From Promethearchaeota archaeon (GTDB taxonomy: Archaea; Asgardarchaeota; Lokiarchaeia; Sigyniarchaeales; SOKP01), in assembly GCA_030599585.1 (NCBI GenBank), contig JAUVNS010000004.1:1-64000 (forward strand): a stretch of DNA of 64,000 bases, written 5' to 3'. Under the pieces are notes generated by a model. The model did no database searches. It saw only the letters and a list, made by a program, of their open reading frames with translations, and was not told where the DNA came from. The position numbers and the translations under genes are program-made. The number at the start of each line of letters is the position of its first letter. Positions within the stretch are counted from its first letter, which is position 1. Below are positions 1 to 10,176 of the stretch, piece after piece.

Positions 1-1
1 A

Positions 2-886
2 GAGAAAAAACATCGTGGTATAGCAGGATTCATTGTACCAACTGATTACGAAGGAGTTAAAACTGGACCTCATATACCAAAATTGGGCCAACGAGCATCT
101 AATACTTGTTCTGTTGTATTAAAAGATGTGAGAATACCTGAAGAAAATGTATTGGCAAAACCAGGTAGAGGATTTACGTTAGCTATGCAAACTTTTCAAA
201 AAACTAGACCTGCTGTTGCTGCGTTTGCTGTAGGGTGTGCAAGGTCAGCTATGGAATATGCTATTGACTACGCTCAGAAAAGAGAGACTTTCGGAAGACC
301 TATAGGAACTTACCAAGGAATTCAGTTTAAATTAGCAGAGATGTATAAAGATATTGAAGCTGCGAGATTATTAACATATAAAGCTGCGTGGGAAGGGGAT
401 CAGGGTTTAGATAGCAATCTTACATCTTCTATGGCAAAAGCTTTTGCCTCAGATGTTGCAATGAGTGTTACCACTGAAGCTATCCAAGTTTTTGGAGGAT
501 ATGGGTATCTTAGGACCTTTCCTGTAGAAAAATTGTTTAGAGACGCAAAATTGTATCAAATCTACGAAGGTACGTCAGAAATACAGAGGATAGTAATTGC
601 TAGGTTTATCATGAAGAAATATCAGCATGCAATGCCTAATCTATTTGAAATTCCACGAGTAGAAATCGAAGTGGAAGAAAAAACTAAAGAAGTAAGCATA
701 AAAATAGATAAAACTAGCGATGAATTAGGTGGAAGATGGAAGTGCGTAATATGTGCTTATGTTTACGACCCTGTTAACGGCGATCCCGATAGTGGAATAG
801 CTCCTGGGACTCCTTTTGAAGATATTCCAGATGATTGGTTTTGTCCGGTTTGTGGAAGCGATAAAACCAAATTTGCAAAAATCTAA
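2..886 (+). CDS. Acyl-CoA dehydrogenase with C-terminal rubredoxin domain (5'-truncated by window edge)
   Basis: Frame is open back to position 2 ([13 protein letters not shown]...LGQRAS). ACAD C-terminal motifs QVFGGYGY and [12 protein letters not shown]-terminal WKCVIC...DDWFCPVCG is a rubredoxin. Confidence 0.93.
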   Translation, partial: EKKHRGIAGFIVPTDYEGVKTGPHIPKLGQRASNTCSVVLKDVRIPEENVLAKPGRGFTLAMQTFQKTRPAVAAFAVGCARSAMEYAIDYAQKRETFGRPIGTYQGIQFKLAEMYKDIEAARLLTYKAAWEGDQGLDSNLTSSMAKAFASDVAMSVTTEAIQVFGGYGYLRTFPVEKLFRDAKLYQIYEGTSEIQRIVIARFIMKKYQHAMPNLFEIPRVEIEVEEKTKEVSIKIDKTSDELGGRWKCVICAYVYDPVNGDPDSGIAPGTPFEDIPDDWFCPVCGSDKTKFAKI

Positions 887-950
887 ACAAATAAACAATC
901 AATTTTTTACTTTTTTATTTTTATATAACTACACGACTAATTACGAATGG

Positions 951-1793
951 TTATAATTTTTTTAATGGTTCTACAATATCCTCTACATTTGATCTGTTCT
1001 CTGCGAAGAATTGAATCAGTATAACTCCTATCATTCCAATTATAACCATTAGGATAAAAATGCCTTGAATTGTGCTCACAGCAAGAAATAATGAGCATTC
1101 ATTTACTGTTACATGAAGTAAAGCAGTGAGAAGGACACTCTGTGTCTTACTATATAGCCATGTGGCTAAAAATGTGAAAATAATAACCCTAATAGTGTAT
1201 ACTGAGAAATCTAACCAATCTATAGAACCACTCTCAATTAAAAACATTGGAATATGCCATATGGCATGAGGCAAACCAATAATCAGACTCATTTTAATTG
1301 GGCTCTGCCTCTTCTGTAGATGATGTTGAGCAAATCCTCGCCACCCTATCTCTTCTTCATAATTACCTAGTAATAGTCTATTCAAGTAATGAAAAATGAA
1401 GCCTATAAGACCATATGCTGCGATAGTGTTAGGAAATGATTCCCCTAACATAAGCTCAATACTAAGGGGGATCATGTAGATCACGATCGGTATAAGGAAG
1501 GCAAACAAATAATAGATTGGGTTAACCCTCCACTTGAATATTCGGTTAACAAAATCTCGAAGGCCACTTTTTCCATATAGTGTTAATGTGAGAATGAGGC
1601 CAGCAATTCCTGGTCCGAACGCTCCAATCTTTACTAAAATTTCCAAGAAAATAAGAAGAGTTATAGGTGCTAACTCGGGTGCCGCGATATATGGTTCAAT
1701 CAGCAAAATTACTGTGAACCAACATGTCCAAGTTATAATATATGTTAAGAAAAAATACATTAGAACAGGATGCCTACGTACATAAGATTTCAT
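951..1793 (-). CDS. CPBP/Abi (CAAX-type) intramembrane glutamic protease
   Basis: EEEIGWRG, HAIWH and HxxxN motifs, multiple TM segments. ATG at 1793 preferred over the upstream TTG at 1862. Confidence 0.88.
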   Translation of the reverse strand: MKSYVRRHPVLMYFFLTYIITWTCWFTVILLIEPYIAAPELAPITLLIFLEILVKIGAFGPGIAGLILTLTLYGKSGLRDFVNRIFKWRVNPIYYLFAFLIPIVIYMIPLSIELMLGESFPNTIAAYGLIGFIFHYLNRLLLGNYEEEIGWRGFAQHHLQKRQSPIKMSLIIGLPHAIWHIPMFLIESGSIDWLDFSVYTIRVIIFTFLATWLYSKTQSVLLTALLHVTVNECSLFLAVSTIQGIFILMVIIGMIGVILIQFFAENRSNVEDIVEPLKKL

Positions 1794-2007
1794 TAAGATT
1801 TTCACTAAACCCTTTCTTTTTCTTAAATTATTCGTTTTTTTATGCAAAAATAGTAAATCCAATATATAAAATTAACTTGGACCATCTTCTACAAATATTC
1901 AAATCAAGCCTTATATTGTTAGTTTGATATTACAAAATATTGAAAAATTAATTCGCCTTTTCTAAATTATCATTTTTTAAATATTAGAAGGAATTAGGGA
2001 TCATAGG

Positions 2008-3486
2008 ATGTCAGATAGCGCAACTGAAAAAACTGATTTGGGAAGTGTGCCTATGAAGGAAAAATTAGCTTATAGTTTTGCTCAAATGCCAGGTACGTTT
2101 TATGGAGGCGTTATGGGCGTAATACAATCCTTCTATTTTGCATGGATGGGATTGTCAACCATATGGATAACTATAGCACTAATTGTGTATGCGGTTTGGA
2201 ACGTAGTAAACGACCCTATATTTGGTAATATAATAGGAAATACTCGCTATTACAATAAGAAAAGAGGAGAAGTCCAAAGATATATCCCATATATTAAATT
2301 TGGAGCTCCAATTTTTAGTTTATGTTTTGCGTTGGTATTTTTTCCACCAGATGCGTGGAGAGGGCAAACATCTAATCTTACTATTCAAGTTTGGCTTTTT
2401 ATATGGTATCTTGTGAGCCAAATTGCCTATGATACTTTGTTTACATTTGTGTTATGTGCTCATGTAGCACTACTCCCTCAAATGACGTTAAATCAACGAG
2501 AACGAGAAAAAATTCAGCTCATGAGCATTGCTTTTATGTTACCTGCAATTTTATTTGGATTTATTGTTCCAGTTATATACTTAGCAAATCCTTCAACAAC
2601 AACCATTGCTCAATTTCAAATGCTTGTAGTAATTGTCGCAATTTTTGGAATCTTTCCCTATTTAATATTAAGTAAGTATGTACACGAACATAGCGAGCAC
2701 ATTCCTGATAATAAAACCCCCCTACTTAAGTCAATAAAGCTTGCTTTTAAAAATCCATCATTCAGAGTATATGTATTATACGACGGAGTTTCAGTATTAT
2801 TGTTGAATTTAGTAATGGTTAGTTTACCCTTCTACTTGACATGGGTTTTAGGACCAATGGATGGATTTAATATGCTTCTTTTCTGGATTGGACCTATTAT
2901 CTGCTTAATTATTTCAATTCCTATAATATTAAGAATTGCTGCTAAGTTCTCAACAAAAGCTTCAATAACTTATTATCTTGTCGTTTTAAGTGTCGGGGGA
3001 TTTTTTAGCTTCTTTGCAGGGCTTTCAGGTAACTGGGTTCTTGTTTCAATAGGGTTTTCAATAATTATGCTAGGTTTTGCCGGAGACTTTATTCAACATA
3101 ATCCAATGCGCGCCGATACAATTGACTACGATTATTGGAAAATTTCGGGAGAAAGGCGAGAGGGGCTATATTCGGGAGTAGGGCCATTACTCAGTAAACC
3201 CATGATAAGCGTTGCCTTAGCGTTGCCACCAGCATTGATGACTGCTTTTGGTTTAATATATGTGGATATAGAAGGTGGATTATCAGCAACTCAAGGTTTA
3301 GCGGCAGCTTCTTTAAGCGTTAATCTTAGTATGACTCTTCTACCAGGAATTGTATGTTTAATCGGCTTAATTATCTGGGTAAAATTTTATCCTTTAACTG
3401 GAAAGGTTGTAGAGACAATGAAAAAAGAAGTAAGTATTCTACATGAACAGAGAAGAAAAGAATACGAAGAAAAACATCGTAAGTAA
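2008..3486 (+). CDS. MFS transporter, glycoside-pentoside-hexuronide (MelB-like) family
   Basis: About 12 TM segments; WNVVNDPIFG and ADTIDYDY...RREGLY signatures. Confidence 0.85.
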   Translation: MSDSATEKTDLGSVPMKEKLAYSFAQMPGTFYGGVMGVIQSFYFAWMGLSTIWITIALIVYAVWNVVNDPIFGNIIGNTRYYNKKRGEVQRYIPYIKFGAPIFSLCFALVFFPPDAWRGQTSNLTIQVWLFIWYLVSQIAYDTLFTFVLCAHVALLPQMTLNQREREKIQLMSIAFMLPAILFGFIVPVIYLANPSTTTIAQFQMLVVIVAIFGIFPYLILSKYVHEHSEHIPDNKTPLLKSIKLAFKNPSFRVYVLYDGVSVLLLNLVMVSLPFYLTWVLGPMDGFNMLLFWIGPIICLIISIPIILRIAAKFSTKASITYYLVVLSVGGFFSFFAGLSGNWVLVSIGFSIIMLGFAGDFIQHNPMRADTIDYDYWKISGERREGLYSGVGPLLSKPMISVALALPPALMTAFGLIYVDIEGGLSATQGLAAASLSVNLSMTLLPGIVCLIGLIIWVKFYPLTGKVVETMKKEVSILHEQRRKEYEEKHRK

Positions 3487-3487
3487 A

Positions 3488-4039
3488 TTATGTATCCAAT
3501 CTCCTTATTTCTTCAACCGCTTCTAAAAAATTAGAATGAACTAAAGTCGGAATTATTCCCTTATCTTCTAAATCTTGTAAATGTTTCTTTCCGTGTCCAG
3601 TAATCATATAAACTGTTCTACAACCTCCATTAATCCCGAATTGTATATCAGATGGATGGTCACCAATCATCCAAGAAGATTTCAAATCAATATTCCACTG
3701 ATTAGCTATTTCTATTATAAATTTTGGATTTGGTTTTCGACAATCACATTTATCCTCCTTAATATGTGGACACAAAAAGGTTTTTTCAATTTTAATATGG
3801 TTTTCCTCTAATATGGATATTAAATGGTTGTTATATTTGTGGAAGTCTTCTAATGTATAGTAGCCTTTCCCTATACCAGATTGATTGGTCACTATAAAAA
3901 AAAAATACATTTCCTGTATTTGCTTTAAACCCTCAATAACTCCAGGTAATAATTCTAAATCTTCAATTTTATATGAATAATTTTTATCTTCAATCAAAAC
4001 TCCATCTCGATCTAAGATAATCGCTTTTCTTGTGCTCAT
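3488..4039 (-). CDS. gmhB: HAD-IIIA phosphatase, D,D-heptose 1,7-bisphosphate phosphatase-like
   Basis: DRDG, TNQSG, CPH...CDCRKP and IGD motifs. Confidence 0.8.
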   Translation of the reverse strand: MSTRKAIILDRDGVLIEDKNYSYKIEDLELLPGVIEGLKQIQEMYFFFIVTNQSGIGKGYYTLEDFHKYNNHLISILEENHIKIEKTFLCPHIKEDKCDCRKPNPKFIIEIANQWNIDLKSSWMIGDHPSDIQFGINGGCRTVYMITGHGKKHLQDLEDKGIIPTLVHSNFLEAVEEIRRLDT

Positions 4040-4080
4040 ACATATTAGAATTTTTCAAAAAATTAAAGGTTTAATCTTGT

Positions 4081-5442
4081 TTAAAAAAATAAAAAGATTA
4101 CTATTGCTAAGTATCCAATCCCCAAAATAATATGATATATTGCGAATAAGCCTCCCACTTTCAACAATCTTTTATAATTTAGATCTTCAGCACAATACTT
4201 CTTTGAGAGCTCCAAAGTCATCATATCCGCCGCTGAACCTTGAGGTAAGATATTTCCGCCTAAATTAATCCCTAATATAAACGCTATCAATATGGGGATA
4301 GAGGAAAATCCTAAAGGAGGTTCAGTTAAAACTTGTATTATTGGAATGAAAAGAACTGTAACAGGTACGTTGTCAAGCAAACCCGAAAGAACAGAGGTAA
4401 TAATTAATATCATAATACATAATAAAAACAAATTTGAAGGAGTTATAGCCACTACGAAATTCTCCAACAAGTCAATTATCCCTGCTTTTTCAAATGAAAA
4501 GACTAACACAAAAAGGCTGATAAAAAAAAATACTAATTTGAAATCTACTTTCGTTAAATAAAAGGAAATGTCCGGCTTTCTCTTTCCACTAGCACCGAGT
4601 CGTGGATTAATAAACACAAAGAGAACCATACCCAACAAACCAACAAATAAAATATTAGGGATAAAAATGAGTAAAACGAAAAAAATCCCTAATCCAATAA
4701 TATTACGATTAAAAATTTTTGTATCAATTGGATCTTCTAAGATGACTAGTTCATGATCCTCATAATGTTTAATTTCTTGCGGTTCCTCATTCTCTTCACA
4801 ATGTGGAATCCAAATTTTACCGAGATCTTTCTTTAAAACAAATTTATCTAATAAGAAAAGTGTAGATAATGTACCTACAACGAAATACAATCCAAGATTC
4901 ACGAAAAACCATGGTGAAGAAAGAGAAAAATGATTCGCTATTATGATATTCTCTGCAGAGCCAAATGGAGTTAAAGTCGAAGCAAGATTAATACATATTG
5001 TCATTCCTAGAAGTATTGGAGCAGGATTTATTTTCAATTTCTTACTCGTATTAATTATTATCGGTATAAAAATAACCGCTACTGAAATATCTTCTATGAA
5101 GGCAGCACTTAAAGTTGATATGAGGCAAATAACCCAGAAAAACATCCGTGTATTCGTTTTAAACTTAGTTGTAATCTTTCGGGCAATTTCCTGAAATATC
5201 AATTGTTCTTCTAAAATTGCTACAATTGTAAACAAAGAAATTAAGAAAAAAATGACTTCCCAGTCAACTGCGAGAAATATTTCTTCAGTTGAAATTGGAT
5301 CGGGGGATAATAAAAAAGTAGCTGTTGCAGCAACAAGCATACCGACCATTGAATAAAAAAGAAAATCAGTTTCTCGAAATAACGCTATAATTACAACAAT
5401 AAAACAAGCCACTACTATTATCTGGAGGAGTAATAACATCAT
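4081..5442 (-). CDS. ArsB/NhaD/SLC13-type anion permease
   Basis: Hydrophobic; SAFIED, LTPFGSAEN, SGLLDNVP and NLGGN motifs. Confidence 0.8.
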   Translation of the reverse strand: MMLLLLQIIVVACFIVVIIALFRETDFLFYSMVGMLVAATATFLLSPDPISTEEIFLAVDWEVIFFLISLFTIVAILEEQLIFQEIARKITTKFKTNTRMFFWVICLISTLSAAFIEDISVAVIFIPIIINTSKKLKINPAPILLGMTICINLASTLTPFGSAENIIIANHFSLSSPWFFVNLGLYFVVGTLSTLFLLDKFVLKKDLGKIWIPHCEENEEPQEIKHYEDHELVILEDPIDTKIFNRNIIGLGIFFVLLIFIPNILFVGLLGMVLFVFINPRLGASGKRKPDISFYLTKVDFKLVFFFISLFVLVFSFEKAGIIDLLENFVVAITPSNLFLLCIMILIITSVLSGLLDNVPVTVLFIPIIQVLTEPPLGFSSIPILIAFILGINLGGNILPQGSAADMMTLELSKKYCAEDLNYKRLLKVGGLFAIYHIILGIGYLAIVIFLFF

Positions 5443-5509
5443 CTGTATTTTTATATCTTTTAAAATTAAAAAATTAATATAATAAAAAAAAATTTAATAA
5501 TAAAATTAT

Positions 5510-5902
5510 TTATTCTGTACCCTTCCATAAACCATGAAGATTGCAGTATTCCCTAGCGATCAAACCTGTTGGATCAGTAACAACAAAGGTTGCTTTCGGT
5601 TCCATCCCCGGAGCTAACATTTGTCTCTTATAACAGCTATCGTTACAGATTAGCTCAATCCACATAATATAATGCTCTCCAGTCATAGGATGAGGTGTTC
5701 CCATTGAAATACCAACATCAACGGTAACTTTATTTCCTTCAATCGTTATTTTAGGAACGTGCTTTTCGCCCTTCCAATCAGCGGTTTTTTCCTCCATCAA
5801 GTTCATTGCCTGTCCACAACAGATAGTTTCAGGTGCAGCTGGATGAAGGATTTCTATAACTTTTCCGCAAACTTCACATTTATAAACTTCTTTTTGTTTC
5901 AT
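5510..5902 (-). CDS. dfx: Desulfoferrodoxin (2Fe superoxide reductase)
   Basis: CEVCG...CCG desulforedoxin domain; EKHVP, HPM..EHYI and CNLHG. Confidence 0.96.
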   Translation of the reverse strand: MKQKEVYKCEVCGKVIEILHPAAPETICCGQAMNLMEEKTADWKGEKHVPKITIEGNKVTVDVGISMGTPHPMTGEHYIMWIELICNDSCYKRQMLAPGMEPKATFVVTDPTGLIAREYCNLHGLWKGTE

Positions 5903-5930
5903 ATTGCCTTCACTCTTGTTAGTTTAGTTA

Positions 5931-5951
5931 GTAGTTGTTTCTAATAACTAC
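5931..5951. promoter_or_regulatory. Imperfect palindrome GTAGTT-n9-AACTAC upstream of dfx (candidate operator)
   Basis: Inverted repeat about 30 nt upstream of the dfx ATG. Confidence 0.3.
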
Positions 5952-6002
5952 AAGTTTATTATTTAATTATTTTGTTTAAATTTTATAAGACAAATTCTGA
6001 AT

Positions 6003-6587
6003 TTAGAATTCTTCGCATTTCTTTCTGAAATAAGCTCTTGGATGTGAACAGCTTGGACACGTAAAGTCCTCTGGAAGCTCGTTTAACTCAACTTGGTAGC
6101 CGCATTCAAGACATATCCATATTACTTTATCCCCTCGTTTAAAGAAGATATCGTCGCCTACTAATTTTAACAATTTGCCATACCTCTCTGAATGGTGTTT
6201 TTCTGCGGAGGCAATTGCTCTAAATCTCTTAGCGATTTCTGGATGTCCTTCACTTTCTGCGATGTCAGCGAAACCTGGATACATCTCTTTCCATTCGTAA
6301 TCTTCACCAGCAATAGCAGATTTCAGATTTTCTTCTGTGGTTCCATAAGTAGTAGGACCACCAGCTTTTATCTCTAAATCTTCAAATTTTTCGTCCTTCT
6401 TAAGATCCTGGAGCATTTTATAGTTCCAACCACCGTGCTCTCTTTCTTGGTTTGAAGTTTCTTCGAAAATTTTTGATATGAGCATATATCCTTCCTTTTT
6501 AGCAATTTTTGAAAATAAAGTATACCTATTTCGCGCTTGAGATTCTCCCAAGAATGCAGCGAATAAGTTTTCAATTGTTTTTTTCAT
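6003..6587 (-). CDS. rbr: Rubrerythrin
   Basis: GESQARNRY, two ExxH di-iron motifs, C-terminal CLEC...CPSC rubredoxin-like domain. Confidence 0.95.
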   Translation of the reverse strand: MKKTIENLFAAFLGESQARNRYTLFSKIAKKEGYMLISKIFEETSNQEREHGGWNYKMLQDLKKDEKFEDLEIKAGGPTTYGTTEENLKSAIAGEDYEWKEMYPGFADIAESEGHPEIAKRFRAIASAEKHHSERYGKLLKLVGDDIFFKRGDKVIWICLECGYQVELNELPEDFTCPSCSHPRAYFRKKCEEF

Positions 6588-6762
6588 TATTTCACCTTTT
6601 TTTTCATTTATTTATTGGAATTTCCAGTAAATTGAATGATTTTGAATATATATTTATTACGCGAATTAAAATGTTTTTACTTATAATTTAATGAAATAAT
6701 TGGATAATCTAAAGTAATAAGTAGTTATTGAATAAAAGTATGAAAATTAGTTTATTATTGCT

Positions 6763-9153
6763 TTAATTGTACGTTTTATAGTCTTCTTTTTGTGGTATCA
6801 CAGGGTATCCATTCCGGTGCCAGACCATCATTCCGCCCGTTAAGTTTCTAATGTCTTTAAAACCTCCTCTAGCTAACAATTGAGCCGCCATCATCGAACG
6901 TGATCCGCTATGACAAATCACAACGATTTCATCACCCTTATACTCTTCTAAAGCATTAATATTATGCATTAATTCTCCTAAGGGCATTAATTTTGCGCTT
7001 TTTATGTGTCCAGTTCTTCCATTATACTCTTGTGGTGTTCTTACATCAATCAGTATTTTTGGTGAATCATCTGAATCAAGTCTTTCGAATAACTCGTTAA
7101 CACTTATATTTGATAACGCTGGGGCATCTGGGCTTCTCAATTCTTTTCTCGTTTTTTCCTCAATTTTCACAGGCGCTTCGATTTCTTTAAGAGACACTGG
7201 ACTCTTTTCTAGTGTGGCAACTAATTTACCTTGTTCTTTACCAAGATATAATAAAGTAACGGCTTCATTTAATTCAGCATAAGCTTCAACACTGGCTTTA
7301 AAACCCGGGTCTGTAGAGTATATTCTTAATTTCTTATCTTCTGGCAATTTTTCAAGAGATTTAATGAGAGCATTTAAAGGACCTGGACATGATAAACCAC
7401 ACGCATCTACTTCAATGTAATCGTCTGATACTGTACTTTTCCTTTCAATCATTTCTTCTATAATATCTTCTGAAACTCCACATTCCGCAGCGATTTCTTC
7501 CGTAGTAGCTATTGCTGTTTTATAGAGTTTATATCCTCCCGATAAATTTTTAACGTGATATCCTTTTTGAATTAGTAATCTCGTTGAAAGATAACCCCTG
7601 AAGCCTACTTCACAGATGACATAGATGTTTTTATCTTTAGGTACTTCGTCCAACCTCTTTCTCAGCTCTAGATCGCTTATATTAGTAGCCCCTTTGATGG
7701 TTCCAATTTGATATTCTTCGAGTGTTCGAACGTCAAGGAAAAAGCTATTATTTGCTCGTATCTTCTCGATTTCGTGCCAGTGCCAAATCGGCATATCTCC
7801 TCTAAGCACATTGGATGCAACAAAACCCGCCATATTTACAGGATCTTTAGCAGAGCCGTAGGGAGGCGCATATGTAAGTTCTAACTCCTCTAGATCGAAA
7901 ACAGTTCCATTGAATTTTATTACCGTAGAAATAACATCAATCCTTTTTTCTGTTCCAGACCCTCCAACTGCTTGAGCACCAAGGATTTTTCCGCTTGGAA
8001 CTTCAAATAACAATTTTAAGGTTATAGGCGTTGCTCCAGGGTAATATCCAGCGTGGTTATTAGGATGAATATATATTTTTTCGTAATTAAGATCCAACTG
8101 TGTTAGTTGTTTTTCAGATAAACCTACTGATGAGACTGTTAAATCAAAAACCTTTACAACAGACGCCCCTAAAATACCATTATATTTTGAGTCGCGACCG
8201 GCAATGACATCAGCAACAATTCTTCCTTGTTTATTTGCTGGACCAGCTAACGGTATGGCTATTGGTTGCTTGGTTATAAGGTTTTTTACTTGGACAGCGT
8301 CTCCTACAGCAAATATTGAAGCGTCAGAGGTTTTCATTTGTTCATCGACTACTATATGCCCTCGTGGGCCAATTTCTAAACTAGCATCTTTTGCTAATTG
8401 ATTTTCTGGTTTTACTCCAATTGCCATAATTATCATGTCTGTTTCAATGCTTTTTCCACTTTTAGGAATGACATGGAAGCGATTCTTATCGTCGCACTTA
8501 AAAGAATCAACGGGGTCTTCTAATTGTAAACACACCCCATTTAGCAATAGTTCTTGATGTACAAATTGAGCAATTTCTTTGTCTAAGGGAGCCATCACTT
8601 GATCTAACATTTCCACTATCTTTACTTTGATCCCTTTATGCTTCAAATTTTCTGCCATCTCTAAACCAATAAAGCCTCCACCAATAATAGTTGCGTGTTT
8701 AATACCGTTATTTTCGGTGAATTGTTTTATTTTAACGGAATCAGGAATTGTTCTTAAACTAAATACGGGAACATCATTTATTCCTTCAAATTGCGGCATT
8801 ATCGGAGACGCACCAGGAGAGAGTACTAAATAATCGTATTCGAGCTCATAAAGGTTATCTTTTTCAAGATTTTTAACTGAAACAGTTTTTTTGTTTCTAT
8901 TAATTGAAATTGCTTCATTATTTATTCTAACTTCAATTTTAAACCGATCCCAGAAATCCTCAGGAGTCATAAGTTCCAAAAGGCTTTGATCCTTTATCAC
9001 GTGGCCAATGTAATAAGGTAAACCACAATTAGCAAAGGAAACATATGGTCCTTTTTCAAGAACTATTATTTCTAAGTCTTCTCTTAACCGTCTAAGTCTA
9101 GCTGCGGTTGAGGCTCCACCCGCTACACCTCCAACAATTACTACTTTCTTCAT
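6763..9153 (-). CDS. FAD-dependent CoA-disulfide/persulfide reductase fused to rhodanese, TusA-like and second rhodanese domains
   Basis: GGVAGG, SFANCGLPY, GGGFIG and YAPPY; rhodanese loops CEVGFRG and CHSGSRS; TusA-type DACGLSCPGP. Confidence 0.92.
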   Translation of the reverse strand: MKKVVIVGGVAGGASTAARLRRLREDLEIIVLEKGPYVSFANCGLPYYIGHVIKDQSLLELMTPEDFWDRFKIEVRINNEAISINRNKKTVSVKNLEKDNLYELEYDYLVLSPGASPIMPQFEGINDVPVFSLRTIPDSVKIKQFTENNGIKHATIIGGGFIGLEMAENLKHKGIKVKIVEMLDQVMAPLDKEIAQFVHQELLLNGVCLQLEDPVDSFKCDDKNRFHVIPKSGKSIETDMIIMAIGVKPENQLAKDASLEIGPRGHIVVDEQMKTSDASIFAVGDAVQVKNLITKQPIAIPLAGPANKQGRIVADVIAGRDSKYNGILGASVVKVFDLTVSSVGLSEKQLTQLDLNYEKIYIHPNNHAGYYPGATPITLKLLFEVPSGKILGAQAVGGSGTEKRIDVISTVIKFNGTVFDLEELELTYAPPYGSAKDPVNMAGFVASNVLRGDMPIWHWHEIEKIRANNSFFLDVRTLEEYQIGTIKGATNISDLELRKRLDEVPKDKNIYVICEVGFRGYLSTRLLIQKGYHVKNLSGGYKLYKTAIATTEEIAAECGVSEDIIEEMIERKSTVSDDYIEVDACGLSCPGPLNALIKSLEKLPEDKKLRIYSTDPGFKASVEAYAELNEAVTLLYLGKEQGKLVATLEKSPVSLKEIEAPVKIEEKTRKELRSPDAPALSNISVNELFERLDSDDSPKILIDVRTPQEYNGRTGHIKSAKLMPLGELMHNINALEEYKGDEIVVICHSGSRSMMAAQLLARGGFKDIRNLTGGMMVWHRNGYPVIPQKEDYKTYN

Positions 9154-9183
9154 TTTATATCCTTCTCAAATATTTTTAGTTGT

Positions 9184-9216
9184 GTGATTGTGATGCACAA
9201 TATCACTACTTATAAT
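9184..9216 (-). promoter_or_regulatory. TATA box with downstream palindromic operator
   Basis: Minus-strand GAAAATTATAAG, then ATTGTG-n3-CACAAT (9187-9201) across the predicted TSS. Confidence 0.45.
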
Positions 9217-9370
9217 TTTCAAAATTAATTATTCCATTTAAAGAGCTTTCTTATTATTTATTTATTGATTTAAGAACTAAAAATCACTTTTTCTAAATTT
9301 AATAGTTTAATAGAAAAAGTTATGATTATTTATAATGCTTTTAAAAAATAAGAAAATTTGTAGAAAAAAA

Positions 9371-10174
9371 TTAACCTCTATAATCTAAAATTATAACTAC
9401 ATCCACAAAAAGCTCGTAATTCTCGTCTTCGTCGTTATCGTGAATTACTACCTTTTCAACTTCATCCAGTTCTCCTTTAATTTCTATAAGATCTGATTCG
9501 TGTACTATTTTAACTTCCGAATGCTTTAATTTTTTCCTTAATTCGACATTACCGGGAATAGATTTTGCGGCCGTCACTACAATTACTCTTCCAGTATATT
9601 TTGTTAACTCCAACGCGAGTTCTAAAGATTCATCTCCAGAATCAATTATGATGACTCTTTTTTCTCTAAGTTCCTCCAAATCAGCCGGAACCGCATCGTA
9701 GACACCCTTTCCAAAAAACTTTTCAACTCCTAATATTACTCGAACACCTAGTTGACAAGAAGTTACAATTTCTATTTCTGGGTTCGTGCCTAAGCGGTAA
9801 TTATCAATTGCAGCTTGTAAAGCATCAGCGGCTAGATTAGAACAATGCATTTTAATAGGAGGAAGGCCATTCAATTCGTCAGCTACATCTTGCCTAGATA
9901 TTTTGTAAGCTTCGTCGAGAGTCATTCCTTTTGCCATTTCTGTGATCATTGAGGATGTACTCACTGCGGATCCGCAGCCAAAAGTTTTAAATCGAATATC
10001 CTCAATTATCTCCACGCCTTCATCATTTTTACCAACTTTTATATATATCCACATAAGATCTCCACAAACAGGATTCCCAACTTGACCAATTCCGTCTGCT
10101 TCTTCTATTTCTCCTACATTTCTCGGGTTCTTGAAATGATCTAATACTTTATCAGAATATTGAGTAGATTTCAT
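9371..10174 (-). CDS. iscU: IscU/NifU-N Fe-S scaffold fused to degenerate thioredoxin-reductase NAD(P)H-domain-like module
   Basis: HFKNPRNVG, GNPVCGD, TFGCGSA and LPPIKMHCSNL. C-terminal ~125 aa follows the TrxR pattern (GVEKFFGKGV...RVIIIDSGDESLELALEL...YELFVDVVII). Confidence 0.9.
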   Translation of the reverse strand: MKSTQYSDKVLDHFKNPRNVGEIEEADGIGQVGNPVCGDLMWIYIKVGKNDEGVEIIEDIRFKTFGCGSAVSTSSMITEMAKGMTLDEAYKISRQDVADELNGLPPIKMHCSNLAADALQAAIDNYRLGTNPEIEIVTSCQLGVRVILGVEKFFGKGVYDAVPADLEELREKRVIIIDSGDESLELALELTKYTGRVIVVTAAKSIPGNVELRKKLKHSEVKIVHESDLIEIKGELDEVEKVVIHDNDEDENYELFVDVVIILDYRG

Positions 10175-10176
10175 TT

